The notes under the pieces were generated by a model, which had not been told where the DNA came from, did not search any database, and was given only the letters and a program-made list of their open reading frames with translations. This document shows, piece after piece, positions 54,074 to 64,000 of a stretch of DNA of 64,000 bases. Made by a program: the position numbers and the translations under genes. Within the stretch, counting starts at the first letter, position 1, and the number at the start of each line of letters is the position of its first letter. The stretch comes from Eledone cirrhosa (taxonomy: Eukaryota). Location of the stretch: positions 82,274,001 through 82,338,000 of the forward strand of contig OZ024742.1 in NCBI GenBank assembly GCA_964016885.1, read 5' to 3'.

Positions 54074-55469
54074 CTGTGTGTGTGTAAGGTAAACAGAAAT
54101 AACAACACAATCGGTACAGTATATGGAAAGGATATATTAGGTTTACGCTTGATATAGCAGGAAGAAGGTCTTAACCTTTCGGACGTAACTCGGTTATCAG
54201 AAGAAAGAATGGGAAATAAGATAGATTGAGGGGACGGTTGGGCTGGAATTGGATAAAATGTCTTTAGATAAAAATAACAGGTCCATTCATGCTGACAGCT
54301 CGAGCTAAAGATCCGCATAAAGCACATTTAAGATCGCATGTTCGCTCTTGGTCATGCCTTCGTGTGCACAGAAAATGTATCTGTTTTTTCTTAGTTTAAT
54401 AGAGTTCAATTTAAAATGAAAGTACGTAAATCGATGTATTCAAATTAAATTATTTTAAATCCTATTGTTATTTATTGGATAAACAATCTATTGAAACGTA
54501 CACCACACTCATTTAACTGAAATAGCAAAACATATTTAAACGCCAAATAAAAAAAGCTCGAGGATTTTTTAAATGTCTATCTGCTGTTTAATTTAGCATT
54601 ACCAATTGTTTTTTAAATCACTATACTGTCGACTGCAGAGCTCTAATAGAATATTGTTTTAAAGATTTCTTTATTGATCAGAAATTTCAATTCGATGTCT
54701 TTAAGATTGGTTCCCATCAGTATATTTAATATGATAATAAGCATAATCGAAGTTATTCATTTCTTCTTTATATATAACAGAGGCCTAAGTGAACATTAAT
54801 TATTTCTACTTGCCGAATATATAGCCATCGATCAAATGATTTTACAATCATTTAAGAGTAGAAAGAATAAATTAGTGTTATTTTTGCAGGTGTATATTGA
54901 AATCACGTCGCGTTTGAATTTGTGTGGCCTCACTTCTGTTTTGATTAAAGAAATACAAAACAATCGTACATGTCAATTTAGTCGACTTTACTCACCTACA
55001 AACATTTATCAATTTTGTTTATCATGCAATTGTAATGTATATACTGATAAGATATTCGCGTTTAATATCATATTTTAGAAATACAGGCCATTAACTGGAG
55101 TTTTTATTTTCCGTAAAACGCTTCAATTTTTTAAATTTTCCTCGTTTCTATATACAAAAGAGCATTACCAGCAAATGGGCATAACACAAAATTCTACATA
55201 GCTTATAGTCGATTGCATTCCTGTACGATTTGAGTAATTTTCACCGATGGAAGATTATTTAATCTTGAAACAGTTTGATATTCTCTTAATATTGTAGCAA
55301 CTCGTTGATATATTCACCGATATAAGTAAAGAAGAGTGAAATATATATTTCTTTTCGTTTTTTTGTGAAAACATATTTTTGCTTCGGCAGCGAGGTTACT
55401 AATACGTATATGAAGGTGTTATATATGTATAATATATGTTTTAATATACACCGATCTCTCTCTTCTCTA

Positions 55470-55608
<139 letters not shown>

Positions 55609-55628
55609 CGCTCACTCTCTCTCTCACT

Positions 55629-55678
<50 letters not shown>

Positions 55679-55725
55679 CTCTCTCTATCTCTTTCTCTCT
55701 CTATATATATATATATATAGATATG

Positions 55726-55915
55726 TAGGGAAAGAGTCAGGACACCGATTGCTGAGCTCCGGCCGTTTCAACAGCTACATGCAGATCTAGCTGTCGAAAG
55801 GGTTGGAGCTCAGCTGTCGGTGTCGTGACTATTTTCCTACTACCCACTCTACTTCCCTAATTATTAAGTACCCTGTTGCATTATGGTCCACATGGTACCT
55901 TAGCACACCTTTGTT
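55726..55915. mobile_element. Asymmetric fold-back element (family of 10603-10799)
   Basis: Arms at about 55726-55778 and 55788-55840, plus an extension, in TA-rich microsatellite. Confidence 0.75.
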
Positions 55916-55925
55916 GTGATATATA

Positions 55926-56033
<108 letters not shown>

Positions 56034-56221
56034 GAAAGTGAAGTTTGTTTACAAAATGAAAAAAAAACGAGTATACATATATATATGTATATATGTATGT
56101 ATGTATGTATTTATTTATTTACTAATGAATCAACTTACGTAATGTAATAGGAGGAATCACCTGTAAGGGAGTTAATATCATGCAGATGTGTGATATATGG
56201 TTCTCCTCTCAATTCCTCTTT

Positions 56222-56286
56222 AAATAATTGTTTCTACTTTAGGCACAAGGCCAGCAATTACCCAGTGCATTACTGGTACTTTATTT
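56222..56286 (-). mobile_element. SINE family 1, 3' fragment with flanking direct repeat
   Basis: aataattgtttctactttaggcacaaggccagcaattacccagtgcattactggtactttattt, flanked by aattcctctttaaataat twice (TSD-like). Confidence 0.7.
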
Positions 56287-58559
56287 CTCTTTAAATTCCT
56301 CTTTAAATAATGTTGTTACAATTTCCTGCATGATGCAATTTATATCATGGTTTAGCAATCGCATTATATCCAAATAATTTCCATCTTACTTTCCTTAGTT
56401 CCTATGAAATCAAATGAAATTATTGTAATTAATTTAATTGCTTTTCGTAGCAATAGCCTGCTACTTCAAACAAACGGTGTAGCAACATGTCTTTCCTGAG
56501 ATAATATATTTGTTTGAGACACATGATGCAGACAACACTATTGGAACCAAAGACGAATTTATTTTGTACCATATATTTTTAAGCTTAGACAGGGTTTATC
56601 TATCCCCAACAAATCATATTATGTTTTGGTCAACCAGCAATATATGATACTTAAGAAATACAAATATAGCATTACTTCTCTCTCTCCCAGAAACACACTC
56701 AGATACTAATATGTATATTATATATATATGTAGTATATATATATATGAATTTTCATAAAATTGTAGGAATCTGAATCATGCATTAGATGTAAAACAGCCA
56801 GCTGATATTATCCATATTTTCAGTTAGGGGAGAATTAGGAAACAGAAAAATATTGTACTATAGCGTCATAATTACCTCATTAGCTCCCTTCTAACTCAAC
56901 ATGATTTCGCGCTGGGAAAGTTAGTACCATGTATTTAGAGCTAACCTGTGCAACAGAATAAGGAATTTTGTTGTTATGACATTGGTATAAAGAGAAACAA
57001 ATCAGAAGAGAGCAGTTGAAAGATATCTGAATCTGTCCATTGCCAACCCAAAAGAGAGGGTTTCAGTGATTCTGGTGCAATTAGCCGCAGCAGTACGAGA
57101 GGTGACGGTGGAGTAGCACCAACAACAGTTGTATCAGCCTGGGATAGGGGTGAGAGAGGGAAAAAACAATATAGAGAGATAGGGAGAAAGAAGGTGAGTG
57201 AGAGAGAGAGAGGGAGAGAGACAAAAATGTGAAAAATAATCTGACCCTGGCACCGTTATCCGTGCATGTTAGAAATAGAAATTGACTCAATCTCTGTATA
57301 TAATCAAGATTGAAATAGATAATTAAAGGGCCCAACCGGAATCATAAAACCATGAAAAGTCGATACGAATCTGATATCATCAAGGAACTGACTTTGTTAG
57401 ATATTTGGAAAATACAAGGCGTGAAATTTCATAATATGCACATGGAATAACTTAGAGATGAGAGTTATATCGGGCTGAATAAATTGCCTCCTCATATATA
57501 TCATTCGTTGTGTCATCATGTTCTTTTCCGAATGAAAGTTGGCAATGGTCGTCGAGTTCGAATACGACTATATTTAATTCCTTTGGCTTTCCTCTCTACA
57601 CATAGTGTAAAAGTTTATGCTCCAAGTTGTTAACTCTACTGACTGTCCTTTAACGCTGCCGAGCTCAGAAATCCCACCCTATCATACTGCACGTGACTTA
57701 GTACACAGTTTTATATTAGACCACAGAGAGAGAGAAATATCATACTCTTTGTCATAGGGTGTATTTCGAGTTAATGGCTAGGATACAGAGTAAGAACGGC
57801 CTGAAAGAATTTTTGAAAAAAGTGAACCTTGAATATCAGCAAGATTCACTTTTTTTCACCTCTCATTAAACACCAGGTTGAAGCGTTTACTGTTAGGATC
57901 CTGAGTGCGAAATACATTGCTTATTGGTAGACAGGATATGGAGCTTGATTGCATAAGATCTGCGGAGGCTAGTAGGAAAGGAAGCGGTCATAGTCCTGCA
58001 GATACACGTGAACCGTGTATTATTACTCATCACAATCATCGCATACACTACGTCCCTTGTCATCTGAAAAAATATTTCATTTCCCACCTCCAATAAATAA
58101 CGCAATCTCAATTACCCACCTATTCATTTTCTATACATCATAACCTCAAACTTCATCTTTTGTTCACTTTACAAATTACACTTTTTATCACCATGCTATT
58201 TCCCTTTTGATTTCTTTATCCTTTTTCTTTCTGTTCTTAATTCCTTATTTCCTTTTCTTCTTTTCTTTTAAAACTCCCTTTATCATTATCCTCATTATCA
58301 TCACTCACTATTTACAAAGTTAATTCCATTATCCATTAAGTACTTCATACAGGCACCTACTCATCAAATTTATTTCCATTCCCATCATCATCTTCACCCA
58401 TAAGCATAAATCTACTGAACCTTTTCATTTGATTCACTCCATACATTCTACCGTTTCTTTATTAATTCCTGTTTTCTCAAGTAATTTCATATTTAGTAAA
58501 TATTTTATTCACCCCACCAATTACCATATACTCAACTATCTAACACAATTGCGATCATA

Positions 58560-58985
58560 ATGCAAGGCCTAAGTGGCACAGGCTTCCTTTCACAGCTCGA
58601 GCCAACAGAGCAGGACCGAGGAGAGTGTAAAAGACCATACGGCAAGATAATCTTCCTTTTCCGCGGGGCTCGGTCCCTCACCTGGGATGCCCTATGCGGA
58701 TATACCTACTTAAGTAGCAACCTGTTGCATTCGGCTACCAACCCATGCTCTGCTGTTCGCTTTGACGCAGAGAGCAAATTGCCCAAATATCGGCAGCTCT
58801 CAGACAGATTCCTGGTCGAGCGTGTAGCTCCGGAGACTTCCGGCTTTCTTGACCTCTACTCACTGATCTCATCCCAACTCATTGATATCGGAGGCACTTT
58901 GACCACCCTCATGTGAGCCCCGCGATGTGGAGTGGCTGTTCCAGCATGCCACGCCCGCCGTCCTCCGGTTCAATGCATTTTCATC
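58560..58985 (+). pseudogene. CRE-like non-LTR retrotransposon endonuclease fragment
   Basis: SQLEPT..DRGECKRPYG..IFLFRGARSLTWDALC..TY...AESKLPKYRQL...F..VAPETSG. Confidence 0.7.
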
Positions 58986-59015
58986 CTATAGGCAGAGATC
59001 TATAGACTGAAGTAA

Positions 59016-60360
59016 CTTCATCATCATCATCATTCGTCGACTACTGTCGAGATGATGGATCTCACTCTTATGCCCCAGAATTCCCTGTCCCCCATCGCTG
59101 CCCCCAGGTTCTTTCTACTGATTCCCGTATCCCTAGAGATAACGTCGGGGAATGACAGCCTCCTACTCCTAGCAGGCTGGAGTCAGGGTTCCAGAGCGGA
59201 TATGATTTCATTGCTGGCACGGTGACAGTGGCCAGCAAATTGAGCTCTCCGGGATTTTAGAAGGGCGGAGGCACGAGGGAGTTTGCCATAGATTTTAGAC
59301 AAGGTGGGATGTCGTTTACAGGATAGGTTTTGCACTCTCATTAAGAGGCGGGTATATGTGCCATCCAATCTCCTCTCGAGTTGTGGATGTTAGTGTCCAA
59401 GTTTCGGATCCATAAAGTAATATGGGCTTAATGGTTGCTTGGAATATTCCCAGTTTTAGCTTGTTGGTAAGTTGAGATGTCCATATGGCGTGCATGCCAT
59501 TGCACACTGACCATGCCATACCCTTCCTGGTTAGAAAATCTTTATTGGAGGAGGAGATATATGAGCCAAGATACTTGTAATCTTCCACCTGATTAAGGGT
59601 GGTACCATTAAGGGTTCTGATGTGGTAGTTTGGGCTGTTTGCGCATCTGTTCACATACTCAGTCTTGGATTCGTTGAGATACAGTCCAACACAATCGGAC
59701 ACTTGCTCTAATGACTTCAAAAGACTCTCAGCATTTTCCAGTGACCGACTGATCAATGCGATGTCGTCAGCAAAGTCGGTGTCGGTCAAGTATTTTGCTG
59801 GGTAGCGTGAGCTTCTCCTAGGCTTTAGTTGGTATCCCCTATCCTGAATCCTATCCACAGACATGCGCAAAACATAATCCACAACAATGATAAATAGATA
59901 CGGAGCGAGGATTGAGAAAGGTGGTGTGTCCCTATCTGGGGTCAGGACAGTTGATTTGGTATCTGTATACATTACACGTATGGCCGCAATGATTTTATCA
60001 GAAATCCCATAGAGTTGTAGAATTTCAAACATCCCCAACCTGTCCACTGAGTCGAAGGCTTTTGAAAAATCAACAAAGACGAGTGCAAGGTCTAGATTGC
60101 GGTTTTGGGACTCCTCTATAAGTTGGCGAAGGCAGAGAATCTGGTTAAGTGTTGATCTACCTCTCCTAAATCCATTCTGGTTGTTACGAAGGATTGGCTC
60201 AAGAAATGGGATTAAGCGGTTAAGAAGAAGCTTGTTGTATATTTTTGCAGCAATTCCCATGAGAGAAATTCCTCTATAGTTGGTGGCTAAAGAAAGATCT
60301 CCTTTTTTGGGCATGGGGATGATTTGAGCTGCATGCCAGACGCTAGGTGGTTTATTGGTC
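59016..60360 (-). mobile_element. 5'-truncated RTE-like LINE with (GAT)n tail
   Basis: RT ORF continues by frameshift to about 59040. The tail tcatcatcatcatcat is at 59018-59033. Confidence 0.88.
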
Positions 60361-60416
60361 TCGAGGTAACTTAGGTGATAGGGGAGGATACCCGTTCGAA
60401 TTTCACTTTCAAGCAT
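59316..60416 (-). pseudogene. LINE reverse transcriptase (RTE-like), truncated
   Basis: IIPMPKKGDL..NYRGISL, QNGFRRGRST, FVDFSKAFDSV, LAPYLF (QG motif deleted), DFADDIAL, YKYLGS, LLYGSETW. Confidence 0.9.
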
Positions 60417-60818
60417 GTATTGAGTGCCTAAATAAGTGTATAAATAACATTACAATGTGTTAATAATATAAGGGAACTAGACAGAAAGACCCTCACCTCC
60501 AAAATATATACATATTTGCGTAAAGTCTTTCCAGGCATATGCTTGCTCCTCGCTGAAGTGAATAAATCGTATGACCGGCTGCATATCAACAGGATATTTA
60601 TAGCTTTTGCTGATTTTATCTCAATAAAACACTGTAGCATATGTTAAATAAATGGCATACGACTTCGAAATACGTATAATGAAATAAATAGCGAGAGACT
60701 AACGTAACCGACTTACTTGTATAGTATTATACTAAAACTCCGGATAAACATAAACTATTGAGTGGTTGATATTTGTTATGTAAAGGTCGGCAGATTTTCA
60801 ATCAACCAACTTTCTCGA

Positions 60819-60853
<35 letters not shown>

Positions 60854-60970
60854 GGGGGGGGTCTGTATCTCTGTGTGTGTGTGTGTGTTCGTACATCGTA
60901 TATTCTTCATCATTCCACTCCTTTTTTTTCTTTTTGTAAATATTTTACTGCACCAATATATTTCTCGCAT

Positions 60971-61052
60971 TTTCTCCTGATGAGTTTGAAGCTCGAGAAT
61001 TTATCCTTGATAGGCTATTTCCGAAAGCGAACGAAACCCTAAGGGTAGAAAC
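60971..61052 (+). ncRNA. Type I hammerhead with extended stem II (solo pLTR-like)
   Basis: tttctc-CTGATGA-gtttg...cgaac-GAAA-ccctaaggg-TA-gaaa. Stem I is imperfect. Confidence 0.65.
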
Positions 61053-62820
61053 GTAATCCTGGTATTTGTATATGCATTTTTTCTTCTAACTTAAAGTTTA
61101 TACCTAATTGAGTATGATTGACGATATATTTAATCGATTTCCACGCGTTATTGAAATGATGGGTAAATATTATATGGTTGTGATCGCGAATAAATGGCTA
61201 TCGTTTATTTATCTTTTATTTCTTCACAGGTGCCTTTTAATCTTATAGCCTGGTTTAATTGGTTTTTCTGTGTGGTTGATTATGCTAATTGGGAGAGGAA
61301 ATTGAGTATAATTTGATATGGTCGATCATGATATTTCAAATGTAAAACGAAATACACTTTGAAAATTATATAGAAAACGAAAAGAGGATGCAGCTTCCTT
61401 TCTTCACTCCATAATCATTTCTTTTTGTTTATGAAAATGGATTTCAATTCCTCTGAGAAACTACTTTCCGTATATTTCAAAATATCAAAATAACGTTTAT
61501 TTGGTAGAAATAGATCAAACATAGTAGAGAATCATATTAACAAAAAAATGCGCTTTCTCCGTCTCTTCGACACTAGTGACCAAAGAATACACATGCAGCT
61601 TGATGAAGAGCGGGGCATGTTTTATAAGGAATGCAAACAGTCGGTAATGATGTAGACAACATTTTCGAGAGTCAAACTTTAAAATGTACAAATTAATTCA
61701 GTCCAGGCACTTTTCAACCATCATATGAATTTCAAATTAGAAAAAAAAAAATTGAACTAAATTATGAAACGAGAAATGATGGTTAATAGCTGTAAATCAG
61801 TTGCAATGATGTTATTAGGGTATTTCCGGTATTCTGAGAAAAAAATATGTGCTTCAGATTCTCTTTTTTTTACATTCCTATTTAACCTACAGATCAAAAA
61901 GAACTCTCAAATTCTAATAAATGGGTAAAATCCTTGATCAAATATAAGTACTTATATGTAATAATTTAGCTTTCAGCCTATCATTTATAAAGCGCACTTA
62001 ATGAATAAATCATCATCCATTAGGAGTGTATAGGCATATACTATTTACTTGCCTCCCCAAATAATTTAATCACGAACGTCTACATTCTCAATTGTTGTTT
62101 ACAAATACATATGTAATATAGGAATATAAAATACAATACTATCAAAGCAAATCCAATACGCATATATACATATACATACATACACACATATATACATATA
62201 TTTTAAACTTCATATATATAATCTCCTACATTGCAGAGCCGACATTAATCGTAAGTTGAACACAATATTTTATTTTATTATCGTTGTTTCTCTTTCGTAT
62301 ATCTAACTAGGTTGAGAGATGTGGCTCGTATTCAGCTATTTGAAGTTCACTGGTCAAGGTATGTTACCTTGTAACAGTGGACTTCCACAGCCCTCATTTT
62401 GCCACATAAAGAAACTGCTATCAGTATCACTCTGATGTGTAGGTTCAACTCTGCTAATTTCTCAGAGGTAAAATCGGCTGTTTGGACTAGAACTATATTC
62501 CATTTGATTAAATATGTGTAATATTAGGAAATATTGCATGATTTCTGGGTAAAACAGTTACCGATGAAATAGGTGCACAGATGACGTGGCATGCTGTATA
62601 GCTCGTATCAATTAACTGTATCACACTCAGACGTTTATCTACTAATTAACTTATAGTGTCCACTCTGAGAGGGCAAATTCGGATTTACAACATATGGTTG
62701 TTGTAAATCCAATGAGTGACTAGATACCGACCAAGTTTGGACGAATTGTAAATGGACAGCTTCTTGAAATTAAATCTCTCTCTATCACTCTTTCCCTCTC
62801 TATCTCTTCCCTCTCTCCCT

Positions 62821-62889
<69 letters not shown>

Positions 62890-62891
62890 AC

Positions 62892-62968
<77 letters not shown>

Positions 62969-63029
62969 GTGAAGTAATTCCGTCGGAAAGGTCCAGGCAA
63001 AAAGAGTGCTCTATGTAGGCTACAGAGCT

Positions 63030-63960
63030 TAATAGTTATGTAATAAACAACATAAGGTAATTATTTCATTTACCAGTGGTTTCTTGAGGTCAAGAAATTT
63101 CCTTCCTACATTAGTTTTGACAGTTAGTTTTGTCAAAACTAATGTTGCAAGGAAATTCCTTGACCTCTTAGACAAACATTTTCATCCTAATCATAGATAT
63201 TATAAGATATCTAAAGGGTATGTAGTTAAAATTAGTTACTCTTGCTGCCCATAAATGAAGTCTAAATCACGAATTCTAATCGTACGAGAAAAAATCCAGG
63301 ATGTAGTTGCAGGATGCCGGATGAATGCTCATTACAGGGCAAATGTAACACTAAATCCGTTATATATGAGGCCAAAGTCACACCTCTATTTAACAACCAG
63401 CCAGCCAGGAGTGAACGATATGTTTTTATGACTCAGGACAGGTTTAAAACCAGGTTTTATGCACATGTCGCTTCTTTTAAACACTCCGATAAAAGAACAG
63501 CTGCGGCTTTCGCAAATAAGGTGTGGGAATTCAAGGATAAAAACATCCCGTACTCTATCAATTGCTCTATTTTAGACAATTCGAGGGAGTACCAAAGGGG
63601 CACAAATAATTGTTCTTTGTGTACCACGGAAAAATATAGGATTTTACAAAACTTGAAAGCCACTTCAACTTGCCTGAACTCCAAGACCGAGATCTTCAGA
63701 TGTTGTCCTCACCTGAAATCACATCTGATCTGTAACTGGATTGACATTCCTACGATGACTCAACCACCTTGAACTTCTTCTCTGCTATCTACGCGTTACA
63801 TCCACTACGATTTTTATTACTTTCTTAACTCACTTTCTGTACTCTTATATTCTTTTTCTCCCTTATCTCCCGTTATATTTAAACTTTTTCCTATGTCATT
63901 TATTTTCTATATTTCCACTACTTTCTAACTTACCCTTTACATACCCACCTTTTTATTTTT
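63030..63960 (+). mobile_element. 5'-truncated PLE-type fragment: GIY-YIG endonuclease end plus T/C-rich 3' UTR, with a 5' fold-back junction
   Basis: ORF 63314-63772 CSLQGKCNTKSVIYEAKV...YVFMT..FKTRFYAH..SF...CSLCTTEK..LNSKTE. Hairpin at 63086-63167. Inverted half-HHR (GAAA-ccactgg-TA-atgaaat) at about 63060-63082 on minus. Confidence 0.72.
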
Positions 63961-64000
63961 AAATATTTATTTCTGTGTGTGTGTGTGTTGTGTATCTGTA

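Noticed and set aside
54155-54210. Minus-strand CTGATAA...GAAA hammerhead candidate
   Set aside because: Stems I and II do not pair convincingly.

Overview
Gene-free, AT-rich, microsatellite-dense animal DNA. The tRNA-derived SINEs and (TA)n/(CA)n density suggest an octopod cephalopod (inference only). No host protein-coding exon could be supported, and most ORF-track entries are microsatellite read-through. The window holds decayed Penelope-like elements (PLEs; RT plus C-terminal GIY-YIG) at about 28-30, 43-48, 49.5-52.7 and 63 kb, RTE and CRE-type LINE fragments, SINEs and a non-autonomous Helitron. The main signal is a set of non-coding 310-530 bp units that each carry a minimal type I hammerhead ribozyme (HHR) with a palindromic stem III, i.e. 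retrozyme-like units. They form near-identical tandem arrays that switch strand in the middle (981-3352, 11782-16680, 40690-41638, 48473-49220). Their 3' ends point outward into (TA)n tracts, the same head-to-head topology as the neighbouring PLEs, whose pseudo-LTRs carry the same HHR type. Several units have an octamer (ATGCAAAT) and a PSE-like motif upstream of the ribozyme. My inference is a family of self-cleaving, probably circular RNAs, possibly transcribed from internal snRNA-type promoters and copied into (TA)n by PLE RT. Coordinates were read by eye (a few nt of error, more for decayed elements).
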